Shown piece by piece: positions 13,745 through 26,970 of a DNA stretch of 64,000 nucleotides. Origin of the DNA: Octopus sinensis (lineage: Eukaryota); the NCBI RefSeq assembly GCF_006345805.1, contig NC_043006.1, forward strand, positions 61,442,001 to 61,506,000. The letters are read 5' to 3'. The stretch's first letter is position 1, and every line of letters starts with the position of its first letter. The notes below the pieces were generated by a model. That model was not told the DNA's origin and did no database searches. It worked only from the letters and a program-made list of their open reading frames with translations. The translations under genes and the position numbers were made by a program.

Positions 13745-15262
13745 TTTGCTCGTAGAATTTTCTATAGCTCCTCTTCTTGGAGGTGCTGTTTGTGTACTCT
13801 TGCATGTTGGAAAAGGGAATAATTGGTTTCGCCAATATAATTCCCCTTGTATTTGGCGCAAGAAAGGCAGTATATGAGATTTTACTTTGAATAAGAAGCC
13901 ATAATTAAATGTTATGTGGGTGTTTCCAACTATATATTTGTAGGTATTAATGTTGTTGCATATCCTGCATCATATGGATAATAATCTTTCATTCTCCGAT
14001 GGGAATTTTGCTCTTGTAAGTTGTTTTTTAAAGATTCTCCCTGGCGTTTACTATTTCGCAGGTAAGGTTTTCTATCAGTTTTCTTATTTTGAGGCTCTGT
14101 AAGAGTATCGGTTGGTTTCAGTCTATAACATGGAAAATATTAGTTATTCCAGGGTCGTATGTACTTATAAAAAGAATAATATGTTCCTTGCTTTTTTTCG
14201 TTTGGAGCCCTAAGTTGTTTGAAGTCTAATTCTATTGGTTTCGAGATTCCATTATTTATAAGTTTCACGCGATAGTCTTGTTCTTGTAAGAGGATTTTGA
14301 GTTCATCAAGTCTAATTTGGCGTATTTATGGGTCAGTTAGTATAGTGCAGATGCGTCTAACCATTCTGTATTGGATGTTCCTTTTGATGTGGGAGGGATG
14401 TCAAGAGTAGAAATTTAAATATTGGTGTGTGTCTGTTTCTTGTAAAATATGTCTGTTATGACCGTGGAGTTGTGTATTTTGATGCGAATGTCTAGGAATA
14501 GTAGATCATTGTAGCTATTTTCTGTTGTAAAATTGATATATGGGTGTGGTGTGCTGAGGGTGTTGTGAAAATGTCCGTAGGACTTCTTTTCTATCACAAA
14601 AGCTGAAGCAGTCATGGATATAGCGCCTCCACTTCGTTGCGATGTTTTCTTTGAAGCTGTGATCAAAGGCTTTGCCTACTTCTGTGTAAAGTCTACCTTT
14701 TTAAGTAACCCATAACTAGGCTGGCTAATGAGGGTGCAAATGTCGTACTCATAGCCGTGCTCTTCTTTCTGTCGGTACATCTTATTATCAAATCTGAGTG
14801 TATTTTCATCTAGAACTAGACGAGTGGCTTTGGCAATGAAGTCTGTTTTGAAACGTTCATCAGTATATTTTCTCAGTTTCTCTACCCAGTGTTTGACTGC
14901 TTTCAGTCCTAAGGTATGAGGTATGTAGGTATAGAGTTTAGTGACGTCAAAACTTGCAAGTATAGTTTCCGGGACAGTAGCTGGGATGTAAATGAGAAAG
15001 TCCATGCCATCTCGTACATAGCTGGTATTAATGGGCATAAAGTTTTGAGGAGTATGTCCAACAGGCGACTCAGTTGCTGGGGCCCAGCAACTAACGGTCT
15101 CATTTTGAGGTCTGTGGGACTCTATTTTTATGTAGTGACTCTTCTGTGTGTTTATGGCCCTCTGTATCTCGGAACTTTGTGGATTTTGGGTAATCTGTAG
15201 AAATTGCTCGCTTTGATTATGGATTTGCATAAGTTGTCCCTTTCTTTATCTGGTATCCGTTA
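13745..15262 (-). mobile_element. Penelope-like retroelement remnant (RT + GIY-YIG endonuclease)
   Basis: RT: RPLVAGP..LSRLLDILLK / SYVRDGMDFL..ILASFDVTKLYTYIPHTLGLKAV..FDNKMYRQK / INFTTENSYNDLLFLDI..TDIFYK / TDTHQYLNFYS*HPSHIKRNI. GIY-YIG at ~13780-13900: NLIYCLSCAKYKGNYIGETN..RVHKQH. Multiple frameshifts. Confidence 0.9.
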
Positions 15263-15849
15263 CTTAATGTTCAGATTTTATTCAGTGCTGTAATTAAAAT
15301 ATAAATAAATTAAAAAAAAACATTACAATCATCCAACAGTCTGACTACCTTAGTATTCGATATATATATATATATATATATGTATGTATAATGTATATAT
15401 ATATATATATATACACATACACACATATATAAATCATGGAGATATATTTGTATAGAAAGTGGCTTGATATGAGCGTGTGTTGAAAAGAAAACAATTGCAG
15501 TATATAAAATCAAAATAAGCAAACGGATGTCGGCCGTACTGCTAGTGATGCAGTACGACCGTTTCGAGCGACTCCATTTTATTCAACAATGAAATCATTA
15601 CATTTACTTAAATGCAGTGTCGTGTTCAGCTCTACAAATAAATAGATAGAATTTTAATCAGTCGTATACATTAATATAATGTTTTTGAAATATTTTAACA
15701 AAGCAAGAATATAGAAGAAATTTATGTTGTTCTATTGTAGCTAAGTACGCATGAAGCCCATTGGGGCCATAGTTTGTAAAAGATTGCAATTCATTTCTAA
15801 TTCATTTATCCCTCTCTCTTCTCTCTCTCTATATATATATGTATGTATA

Positions 15850-15912
<63 letters not shown>

Positions 15913-16066
15913 TATATATATATATAATATATATATATAGATATATATATATCGTTAATGTATATATATATATATATACACATATATATACAGATACATA
16001 TATAAATATATATATATATATATAGATAGATATATATATATCGTTAATGTATATATATATATATAT

Positions 16067-16097
<31 letters not shown>

Positions 16098-16109
16098 ATG
16101 TGTGTATAT

Positions 16110-16314
16110 GTTTCTGTGTCTGTGTTTGCCCCACCACAATCGCTTGACAACCGATGCTGTTGCTTTCAGCTCCCCGTCACGTAGCGATTCGGCAAAAGAC
16201 ACCGTTAGAATAAGTACCAGGCTTACAATGACTAAGTCCTGGTGTCGATTTGATTCGAGTAAAGGCGGTGTTCCAGCATGGCCGCAGTCAAATGACTGAA
16301 ACAAGTAAAAGAAT
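16110..16314 (+). mobile_element. SINE family A 3' half
   Basis: CGCTTGACAACCGATGCTG...AAAGGCGGTGTTCCAGCATGGCCGCAGTCAAATGACTGAAACAAGTAAAAGAAT; begins at a microsatellite. Confidence 0.9.
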
Positions 16315-16337
16315 ATATATATATATATATATATATA

Positions 16338-17065
16338 ATCAGTAATAATAAAGGGTAAAATTAATTAATTAATTAGTAATTAATAATTGTACCAGGTAGT
16401 GATCAATATGTTAAAAGAATCCTGTTATGGTAAACTTAAACATCACTTTATATAATTATGAGTATAATTATAATTAGGGTTCAGCAAAAAAAAAAATGCT
16501 TCGCCACATACTGAACTTTTAGAAATAGCAGCCCAAGAACTTAGTAATGACATGCATAAGATCTGGTCATCAAATCTAAGTAGAGACTTCAAACTTGAAA
16601 TATTCAAAGCCACAGTCGAACCAATCCTACTATATGGCTCAGAAACCTGGACGTTATCAAAGAAGCTTGAGAGGCGGTTGGATGGAACCTACACTCGCCT
16701 CCTTATGAGAGCTCAAAACCTCTCGTGGAGGCGCCATCCAACTAAAATGCAAATATATGGGAAATTACCACCTGTGTCATCTCTTGTGAAAGGTAGGAGA
16801 GTCCAGTTTGCTGGACATTGTTGTAGAGCTGAAAAAGAAGTAATTTCTACTCTTCTCCTCTGGAAGCCATCTACTCACTCTCCTACCCTGATGTAATCTC
16901 CAGGGATACAGGCATCCAGCAACAGGACCTCCGTAATGCTATGATGGACCGTGAAGTCTGGCGCAACATGGTAAATTCCATTGTCTCGACCACGGTCGAA
17001 CAATGATGATGATGACTTAGCTATTTCTTCTACTATAAGAATAATCTCCCAGACAATGAATACTC
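16338..17065. mobile_element. AT-rich non-autonomous (MITE-like) repeat, copy 1, split by an RTE insertion
   Basis: ATCAGTAATAATAAAGGGTAAAATTAATT...TTTAGAAATAGCAGCCCAAGAACTTAG|CTATTTCTTCTACTATAAGA..CTCCCAGACAATG; a second copy lies at 17421-17614 and a related copy at 45232-45438. Confidence 0.7.
16545..17014 (+). mobile_element. 5'-truncated RTE-clade LINE with (TGA)n tail and 6-bp TSD
   Basis: MHKIWSSNLSRDFKLEIFKATVEPILLYGSETWTLSKKLERRLDGTYTRLLMRAQNLSW..RRVQFAGHC, then TLSYPDVISRDTG..AMMDREVWRNMV; tail ATGATGATGATG; ACTTAG at 16539-16544 and 17015-17020; the paralog at ~17560 shows the empty site. Confidence 0.92.
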
Positions 17066-17420
17066 AATAACATTCACGTAGGCTTAGAGGGATAAATACC
17101 GAAAGTTCACCCGGCATTTGATTACTTGTGGACGCGTTTCTGAGTTTGATAGTTGTGGAGATGCAGGAATTCCATCTCCATTCTAACATTCTCTTCATCA
17201 GCACACAGATTTCAATAATTTTATATTAGAGAGCGCTGAAAAAATTGAAAATACCTATCTGATTCAAGTAACATCAGACAAACTGTTTTCAAATCCAATA
17301 CCAACGAATTCAAAACATAGGAATGAGGCTTCGTATTCTCCTTCGCCCACCCACCTTTGTTGTAGAGCAACAAATTCCTACAGAAAAATCTGCAGTTTAT
17401 TATCAGGGAAAGAATTATAT

Positions 17421-17614
17421 TATCAGTAATAATAAAGGGGAAATTAATTAATTAATTAATTAGTAATTTATAATTCTACCAAGTAGTGATCACTATGTTA
17501 AAAGGGTTCAGCAAAAGAATTTGCTTCGTCACATATCGAACTTTTAGAAATAGCAGCCAAAGAACTTAGCTATTTCTTCTACTATAAGAAAAAATCTCCC
17601 AGACAATGTATACT
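17421..17614. mobile_element. MITE-like repeat copy 2 (uninterrupted; internal deletion relative to copy 1)
   Basis: TATCAGTAATAATAAAGGGGAAATTAATT...AAGAACTTAGCTATTTCTTCTACTATAAG..CTCCCAGACAATG, near-identical to 16338-17065 without the LINE. Confidence 0.75.
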
Positions 17615-17699
17615 AAAAAACAATAGGCATATATATGGCTGTCAATGAACGACAGAGAACAGCATTGACAATTATTTTCATTGTGCATCAATGATGACT

Positions 17700-18130
17700 T
17701 TGCAACAATGTTACTTTATTTTCAAGTATCCATGTCTTTCACTTTGAACAGTAGTAACAAAGAATCGCATACAACGCGAGGAAAACAGTTGAACGTCATT
17801 TGAAAGTGTTCAAAGAAGGAATATTTGTTCGTTTTTATGTTGTCATACCAAAGGCAGGAGAAGGACTATTTAAGAATTTTGTTGCATGAAGTTTGAAATA
17901 GTACATCTTTTCCCGCTGTGCATAAGATTTTCAGTTACTTCAGTCCACTTAGGGCTGCTTGTGAATGCAAGGAAAAGTTCTGGATAGCCGATGTTTCTAT
18001 CATAGGTAATAAATTTATTTCCAAGAAAGAACACAAACCACTTGTGACGTTTTCCAACCATAATTTACTTTGGAAAGAGACAAATTGATCTTGCATTTCT
18101 TTTATAAGCAGGAGTAATTACGTAAAGGGA
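17700..18130 (-). mobile_element. Highly decayed Helitron Rep-region fragment
   Basis: Minus-strand IGYPELFLAFTSSPKWTEVTENL resembles the Helitron YGxPDLFITFTCNPKWxEI motif; flanking similarity is weak. Confidence 0.45.
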
Positions 18131-19921
18131 ATAACAGGGAAATAAAAGCACTCAAGAATGAAACAACAGTTTTCTATATTTTCTCGGGAGAAATGACTAA
18201 ATCATAATGAAGTCCTTACACATTTTATATACTTTTCTTTGTTTTACATCCCTCAATTTATATTTACTATGAGTCTCTTTTATTCTTTAAACTCGATTAT
18301 ATGAAGTCGTTCAAACAATTTCACTTTGATTCTGATGTATAATTTCTTGTCACCGACTTGAATGATCGAAATATCCAGAAGAGTTTTTCAAACACCATTT
18401 AGAGTTCCGTGAGAATATAATTAGAACAGAGTAAGTCTCTACTCGGCTTCTTATTGATTACGAATGTTTAATATCTCTGTCTTTCTAAGTTAATCGATTG
18501 AAAAATAATAGAGACGTTGCCATTGATAATTTAATGAAATCTTCAAACAAATACGTCTCAGACATTCCATGAGAAAATTCAACCAAAACACAGCTGAAAA
18601 TGTTAGTTTATAGCAAATTAGTTTATAGATTATTTTAATATTATTCTAATTACAGACGCAATCGTATTTAGATCGTATAAATATTAAAATTAGAATTTAC
18701 AAACTATCTAGAGTTGCATATTTAAATGAAATATAAATAACGTTTTGAAATTCTAACTGTAAAACTGTTAGAATAGCTGCCGGCATATACATTCATGTAT
18801 ATAAATATAATTGGATAGAATTAAGATCAAGAAAACATGTGGATGGATATTAGAATATTTATGTGTAAACATTATTTTGCAAGTCAATTTTAGTCAATTA
18901 CAGGAATAATACTAACGATTCTAAAGAAGAAATTTGTAAAAATACTCGATGTCTCGGTTTCTCGCGTAAAAAATATTATGGTAAACAATTAGAGTCTCAG
19001 ATATGGGGTTCATTTCCAGCATTCTAAAATGAGATGATTTTAGGAGCATTTTCGTTAGTGTTATCTGAAGGAAGGGATTAGGCCCATTACTTACACTAGC
19101 GCTCTCACACCGGTGTGGTTATCACGACGATGGCTGCAAAAAAAAAAAAACAGAAAAGAAACAACCCAGGACCTTGACATCTGAGAAGAAATGATTGGAT
19201 GTATGTGCGAGCAAGACACATTCTGTTGTACGGGGTATGAGAGGCGAAACGAATGAATAGGGAATGCTCTGGAGTTTGTGACATGATAACGGTTATCTAC
19301 CAGAAACAGAGGCATCTCAGCTGTTGGCCGGGGGAGAAAGTGTGTTCATTAATGCCACGATGTCGATCAGTTTAGTGACGTGTTTTTGTTTGCTTTCCGG
19401 GACATCCGCAAAAAAAAATAAAATGAAAAATAATTTAATAAGAAATCTATGGTGATTTATGAGCATCTATCATTAGGATTTCGTGTTTAATGGTAAAAAA
19501 AGTGAATTCCAATATTAAACATCTTCATAGACCGACTCACAATTTAGATATTGTTCCCGTATCAGATCGATCGATTTTCCATCAAACTCTTTTACCTTAG
19601 CAGAAAGATAAATAAAATAATGCAACAAGGAGGGAAACTTTGGCAGAACTGATAAAGAAGTATTGGCTAATATATAACGTGATAAATCACTGCAGGAATT
19701 TAGTAGGATATTTTCTTGTTGAATTTATAAAGACTGATGATATTTAAGATTTTGTTTTTTACGAATTAAAATCTCATAATTTCAGTTTCAAATTTCATTA
19801 TCATAAAATGTGATGGAAGTAATAAAAACTGTGTTAGTTTCGAAACTTCAAAATATTGTACACAATATTAACTGACAAGCAAACTAATGAAGTATTAAAC
19901 ATATTATGGAGTTGTTACATA

Positions 19922-21193
19922 CTAGGGTGGGCTGAAAAGTTCATAGGCTGATTATGAAGGAGTGAGGCTAGAGCTTTGAAATCTTGCATGCATTAATTTC
20001 AATGCTTCTCATTAATAACTGCTTTGTTTCGAAACAGGAAAACATATCTGACGATACAAAAAGATTTCCAAATTAGCTAGTAGCGCATTATATTGAACAT
20101 TGACAAAATTTTACATTTTGGCGTTATCAAGAACCTGCAGCATAAGGGTTTAGCCCCCAAGGACATTCATAGTAGCTCATACACTTCTGATTTACACTCT
20201 AGGGTATGACGTTCCAGCTTTATCAACAGTGCAAAGGTGGGCAACTGAACTTAGGAGGAGAAGAGAGAATCTTGAAGATGATCCAATCTGGACGTCTTAC
20301 AATTGCAACTACCGGGAAAATCATTGATCATATTCACACTATGATGATGGATGATAGACGAATGAGTGTGAATCAAATAAACAATACTATTAACATTTCC
20401 CATCAGAGAGTTGAGAATACTCTGCATAATAATCCTGGCATGACGAATGTTTCTGCTGGGTGGGTGCTACGTCCTCTGACACCTAATCAAAATCGCACCA
20501 AGCTGATTACATCATGGGAACACCTGACATCGTTTGAAGCAGATCTAGCTAGATTTGTTCAACGTTTCCTCATCTAGGATGGGTGTTTGTTAAATCACTT
20601 TGAGCCAGAGAGAAAGAAAGAATGCATACAGTGGAAACACCCCTTCTTACCTGTTCCAAAGAAGGCCAAGATCAATTTCATCGGCTACGAAAGTGATGGC
20701 CCATTTTGGCGGGATTCTAAACGCATTGTGTTTATTGACTGTCTTCAAAAGTGCCGCACCATCAATGCAGTGTACTAGGCCAACATGCTGAGTTAGCTAT
20801 AAAAGGCTATCAAGATTAAACGTCCAGCAAAACTGACCAATATATCTTGTTTCAGCATGACAACGTTCCAGCAAACAAGACCTTGGTTTTAATGGCTGCT
20901 GTGTGTGAATTTGGTTTTGAAATGGTTGATTATACCCATTATTCTCTTGATTTGGCCACATCTGATTGCCGAAGAAAACAACGAACACTTGGTTGGGAAC
21001 CAGTATCGCAGTGTTGATGACTTCTTGTGTGCTTTGGATGACCTTTTGACCAACAGGATCGAAGCATTGCAACGTCAATGGAAGATGTGTGTGATCCGCA
21101 AGGGGAACTACGATGAAAATGAAACTCATTTGATAACAGTCCATGAAATTGTCTTGGTCAGCCTAGGTACTTTTCAACCAGAAAATGCCTGTA
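19922..21193 (+). mobile_element. Full-length decayed mariner (DD34D-type) element
   Basis: TIR pair GGGCTGAAAAGTTCATAGGCTGAT (~19929) and GTCAGCCTAGGTACTTTTCAACCA (~21157); SGRLTIATTGKIIDHIHTMMMDDRRM, AGWVLRPLT (WVPR motif), FQHDNV, HYSLDLATSD (YSPDLAPSD motif), IEALQRQWKMCVIRKGNY. Confidence 0.9.
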
Positions 21194-22854
21194 ACTCGTT
21201 CCAAGATAACGTTTCTAAGATCTACGTTTATGTGTGATTCACTCTTTGTCTGCATTTATGCATAACGTACACTTTCCATTATTGGAAATTTATAGAATCA
21301 TACAACCCCTTCGGTTACGTTGTTCTCGAATTTTATTTTTTCTTTATATTTGCTTTATATTCGAGGTTCTCATGTTGTATCACGCAATTTTTATGCAATT
21401 CTTCCTGGGTTTAGGATTGACAATTCTATGCGAAATATATTGAGTCGTGCAATATCGTGTGACTGACGTAATTTCATAAAAATATTTGATTTCTGTCCGG
21501 ATGCATAGCGAGGCGATGACGTTAAAGGGAATAATGTTAGACTCAATCAATCGAAATGACTAACAGGAACGTTTTCTAATATAACATGCAGGTCTATAAA
21601 ACATGATTATTTCTTAGATTTACTTCGTTCAAAAGTGCCGATATTTTATATTGAATGTGTCCCTGCGTTATCAAATTATAACCCACTCAGTTTGGTTACA
21701 TATATGTTTAACATGTCACTGCTCTATCTTCTTCCACACTTTCAACTTCCTTTATTATAAAGGATTGCTATGAAAATATACTACTGCATACTATTTACAC
21801 GAATTAGAGAGAAAGAAATGATTTACATAGAGTATGAAAACCACTGATTCATTGACTGAGCTTACCTAGAGTAATATACTCTGATATATTTCTGTATATC
21901 AAATATAAATATTGATTTCCAATTTTAGTACAAAGTGAATCATTTCAGGTTAGACTTCTAGAAGAATTATTCGACAATTTATCGTATTTTATCGATCACT
22001 GGTCCACAAAGACCAAATTCAAACTATGTTGGATTTGAACATAGAAGACAAAATTCTATCGGAAAGTATTTACAAGGCAACCATTTAAAATTACATTCAG
22101 AATTTATTCTTGTAATGCCTCTCTAAGTGATATGTCGATTTATCATAAAATTACCTTGCTGCTTTTCTGCAGGATAGTATGCATTATCAATCGAATCTAC
22201 TATCTATCTATAGTTCTCCTTTCTTTATTATTACCGACTGATGCACAGATAATAGAATATCAGCAGATAAGGAAAATTAAGTGAAAAATATGCATCAGAT
22301 TCAAAGCGCGTTATTGTTTTACCAACGCATTATCTTGCAGAAGTTAGATGATCAGTATTATTGTCCTATTGGATAGAGTGTATGTGTCAGGATTGTTCTA
22401 CTTTCTATAAAAGTGAGCAGTGTCGTTTAACGAGGAACTTAATTTCAGCTATCTCAGGTCTCCTCAAAGTATAATGTATAACAGGTGGGTGCTGGTGCAG
22501 TCCTCTCTCCATTTACTATATTCACGATGTTCTTGAAAGACTACAATTTCTGGGAGGACTACAATAACTCTATAACTGCTCGCCACCGCATGGACACCTA
22601 AAACAATGAGAGTATTATGGCACATCATGCTAGACATACTCGCCAGGCCTATTCTTAATAAACAGTGTAATTTTTGCGTATTTCGAAATATCTCTTATCA
22701 CTTTAAAAAGAAAATGCATTATAATACTAGTTGTGAGTATGCGTGTTTCGGTAAGGTGTCAGTATTATAAATTTAGTACAAAACTACATCTTGTCATAGA
22801 TTGGCTTTGCATACGATATTTGTATTTTTAATAACCTTTACTATAGTAATATCA

Positions 22855-23385
22855 GTTTCAAATGTTGGCATAAGTACAGCAATTTCAAAAGAGGAGGCTA
22901 AGTCGATTAAATTGACCCAAACGTTCAACTTAGTACTTATTTTGTCGACCGCTAAAGGATGAAAGACAAAATCAACCGTGACATCATTTGAACTCTGAGC
23001 TTGAAGTCTGAAGTAATGCTGCTAAGCATTTTTTCCTGCGAGGTAACGACTCTACAAGCTCACTGCCTTAAAGCAAAGTCGACGTTGCCGGAATTTGGAC
23101 TCAGAACTTAAACTGCTAAGTATTTTGTTCGCTATGCAAAAGATCCTACCAGCTAGCCGTGCTCTTTTCCCTTACTATAGTGATATGCGTTTTAAATTTT
23201 GACTCAAGTCCAGTAATTTCGGTAGAGGGGCAAGTCCATTACATCACCCCATGTGCTTCATCTTATACTTATTCTAATCGACCGCGAAATTTAGAAACAA
23301 TTCGGCCTCGACGGAATTTGAACTCAGTACATAATGTCAATAGGCATTTTGATCAGCGTGCTAACGATTTTGACAGATCGTCACT
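22855..23385 (-). mobile_element. Cluster of three degenerate family-B-like SINE copies
   Basis: The motifs AAGTCGA..AGTACTTATTTT.TCGACC, GAATTTG(A/G)ACTCAGAA and CTAAG(C/T)ATTTT recur at ~22860-23070, ~23070-23160 and ~23190-23385. Confidence 0.7.
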
Positions 23386-25167
23386 ATTTTTACTATAGTA
23401 ATATAGTAAAAACTGTTTACGTGTCATCAATTAAGTAAACACTTTCGCGCATATCTACCTCCTAAATTCATGCTATAATTTAATTCTGTTTATAATCCAT
23501 GATGTAGAAACATTATTGAAATATATAAAGATAGCGATGTAAATATTACATTCCCAATAACGAAAGATTAAATACATGCATAGAAACATACACACACAAA
23601 AACACAGACACTCATACAGACAGACAGAGAAATACACACACACGCACACGTACGTGTATGTGCGGGTTTTGTAATGTCAAATATATCATGATATTTTCTT
23701 CAGAAAAAAGTCACTCATATTTGAAGAAAAGCAAAGCAAATTAATAAGGTATAGATTAAAACGTTATATTAAAGTTTGAGTAAAATATTTGTTTTCATGT
23801 TTCTTTAATGCGGTTCCGCGTTCTCTTACTATAACCAAATATTAACCTACACATTGTTTGCAGTTCTCTGAACTTAAATTACCAAGGGGATTTTGAAATG
23901 CATGAATTGCTTATAAGGATGAAGACATATGGATTCTTAATAAACTGCTATTATTGAAAGAATTTCGCAGAATCATTAGACTGTCGTGCATGCAATATTT
24001 TGTTGCAAATATTTGCGTTCTGATTTAAATTTCTGAAGTTGGTTTTTCTTTTCATCCACCGTGAATCTATAAAAAATAACTCTTAAGTATTGGGCTCGAT
24101 ATTATTTTCATATTTTTAAATATTTCGTAGGAATTTCCATCCCACGTTGATTTGTATTTGAGTCGAACTGAGATGTTTTTCAGACATGTCGTATTACTTT
24201 TCTATGCAACATTAAATTTGCCTGGCTTGTGATATTACTTCAATAGATAATGTAATATATGAACTCTGCTATAAGTCGGGAGCTGCGCCAAGTATTATCT
24301 ACGTGCTACATGTGCCATGTCATATTATTGGATGGCGGCTGTGTAGTATGTGTTATTGCTGGTTTGAATAATGCATGATCGTATTGTCTATATTTTCCGA
24401 TTCTTCTGAGATTGTACTGCTTGGGTTATAATATATTAGCAAGATATAGTTCGTTTAGTTGTGAATATTGCGCAGAACAGCATAACCCTCTAACATAATC
24501 AATTTGTACTAATTGACCCGATGTGTGACAAACATATTTGCTAAGACTCTCAGGGTTATCTTTTGATGATATATTTTAATTTCAATGTGCTTGGAAATAT
24601 TGTGGTCAGAAGCGATGGATATATCTATCGGGATATAACTGTTCCTACTCCCGCCCTTAATAATTATATAAAATATGCTCATTCTAACAGAATCTTTGTC
24701 GCAACACGAATGTCTCGGCTTTCTTAAGACTGATCCTTGGCATGTACCATATATGATTTAGGCTTTTTTAAGCTTGTCCACCATTTTTACATGTCAGCAA
24801 TAAATAATGTTATGAATCTTAATTTCAACACAGGCAAAAATATTATGTAGTGACCAATAATATTGCATAAGCCAAATCAATTTCCGCAACTTTCTGAATA
24901 TATTTCTTATCTTGATTCTTGATGATTTACTATCAATTTAATTGTTACTATCAATTAAATTTTGGAATGAGACTACATCTGAAGAGAAGCACAACACGAT
25001 ATAATTAAGGCTATTCTATCATGTGTCAACTAGCGTCCATCACAGACTAGTTATATCTAGTGTATATTTACCGAGTTAATACAGCATAACCTAAAGTTAT
25101 ATGCATGTATATGCTATTCTTAGAGGACAGATCGATGACGAAGATTTTTCCAAATATAGTATTTCTT

Positions 25168-25435
25168 TTTGTGAAGGTGCGTGAGTTAATCGTTGTGAGT
25201 TCGATACCTGTATTTCACGTTGTGTCAGTCCACTCTACTGGAAAAAAAAGTTAGCCGTACCTTTAATTCACAAAGCTTGTCTAGTAACAATTTGTATCAC
25301 GCTGAATCTCCCTGAGAGCTACGTTAATGTTACCCGTATTCAAGGAGTGCTCAGTCACTTGTACGTTAATTTCCAAGATGTTCCGATGGCTGGTCAACTG
25401 GAACACTCGTCGTTGAAACCTATGGTGCGGCAGTT
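25168..25435 (+). mobile_element. Degenerate SINE of a third family (C)
   Basis: B box-like GAGTTCGATACC near the 5' end, followed by a GC-richer body (GCTGAATCTCCCTGAGAGCTACGTTAA..GAGTGCTCAGTCACTTG..CAACTGGAACACTCGTCG). Single copy in the window; recognised from my recollection of cephalopod repeats. Confidence 0.55.
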
Positions 25436-25479
25436 ATACTTCAGATTAATGATAATACCAACATAAGTATTTCACTTCA

Positions 25480-26000
25480 ATTCAAGAGTAATTCCTGAAA
25501 TTCTTCTAAATAATTTAGAAAACCTCTTTTCACTTTCTTTTGTTCATGTGATCAACTAACATCTTAGACAAGGGCATATTCTCAAACTATTCATGCCCGA
25601 TCAAATTCATTCCAATAACATAGAGAAATTTTGAATTCTATACTTTCATGCCCGCCAGTTTTACACGATTGTATAGTGCTGTCCGGCAGTATAATTCCAT
25701 ATCAATTTAACTGGCTTCCTCTCTGACACTCGATGCTTTGCGTATTACTACTGATGATCTACCAAACAATGAAATCAAGTGATACATTAGTCCAGTCATA
25801 CACCACCGTTTTTAACACGTATCTTGTTCAATATCGTTAAAATGTTTACTGTTCGAATTTATAAAACCGAACATCATCGGATAAAGAAGAATCATGAAAT
25901 TGCATTACAAAAGTTCTATCAACTATACCAAATAAAGATAAACTGATATTACAAAACGACATCTGAGAGAGGAACGTGTAAATGTACGTGTAATCTCTCT
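25480..26000 (-). pseudogene. Very decayed piggyBac transposase C-terminal remnant
   Basis: Minus-strand mosaic SLFG..FHDSSLSDD / NKIRVKNGGV*LD* (GGVDxLDQ-like) / ALYNRVKLAG..FENMPLSKMLVDHMNKR. A possible further fragment lies near 26600-26700. Confidence 0.4.
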
Positions 26001-26970
26001 ATTGAATACGATTCACACGAACGCTTTATGCAAATTAAAATACTGCGCATTACAACTGTGGTTTGAAATCATATAAATTCGCATCTGTCCGTAATAAACC
26101 ATAATGCCAAATAGTTCTGGGTATCTTCTGTAAATCAAAGCTTAGTGTCAAATGGAAAGTGCGCTTTGTGAATTTTGTATGTTAAGACATGAGATAAGCA
26201 TAATTAATCACCTTAATGACTGTAGGAAAAATATATTTTCTATTTACTAGTTTTTTCTGTCAAATGAAATAAATATGACTGATATTTGTAAAGGAATATA
26301 AGTTTTGTTATCTCACGAGATTCTATTTGGATTTAAAGGCAACGAAAATCACATTCAGAATTTCATGATTAATTGGAATAAAGAAGTCTATCTGCTAGTT
26401 TGACGATACGATTCAAAGTAAATACATTAGAAAATATTTACAAATAAATTATAATATCGAAGATTAGATAATCCACCAGCACACAGATGCGTACACTTCC
26501 AAAATGACACACACGCAAATATATGTAAAGGAAAAAGAGAAGAGAAGGATGCATTCTTCAAATAGGCGGAAATAATATTCCCACGAGGAAATAATAATAT
26601 TTTGCAATACTCTATATCACATACCACTAAGCTGTAATATGACATTTGGGAGGAAACTTTTCAACCGAAATCTGATAGACATTGGGTCAGGTATGAACGG
26701 GAGGGTAGTGTAATTATATCAGCATTGTTCTATATGCATAGCTTCAAAAATGAGAAGATAGGTACATATGATCAATTCATTCCTATTTATCGAATATACA
26801 TACATGATCGTTTCTTTTTGACGGGCAACTCGATTAATTAATTTTCTTTAACTAAACAGTTTGAAATTCGGATACTGGTAGAATGTGTCATATATAACAT
26901 CCTTTACTCTTAGCCTTGTTGAGAAAAGTTTCTATTTACGAAGTTATTTCGTGATAAACTTGTCGTATTT

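Noticed and set aside
17203-17430. Open frame after a good branch point and acceptor (HTDFNNFILESAEKIENTYLIQ...)
   Set aside because: No recognisable homology, sandwiched between MITE copies, and no linked exons.
22484-22600. Protein-looking frame VGAGAVLSPFTIFTMFLKDYNFWEDYNNSITARHRMDT
   Set aside because: Short, weak acceptor, no ATG, no family recognised.
25751-25800. CTGATGA...GAAA hammerhead-like spacing
   Set aside because: Stem I and stem II cannot be formed; it lies within the decayed piggyBac remnant.
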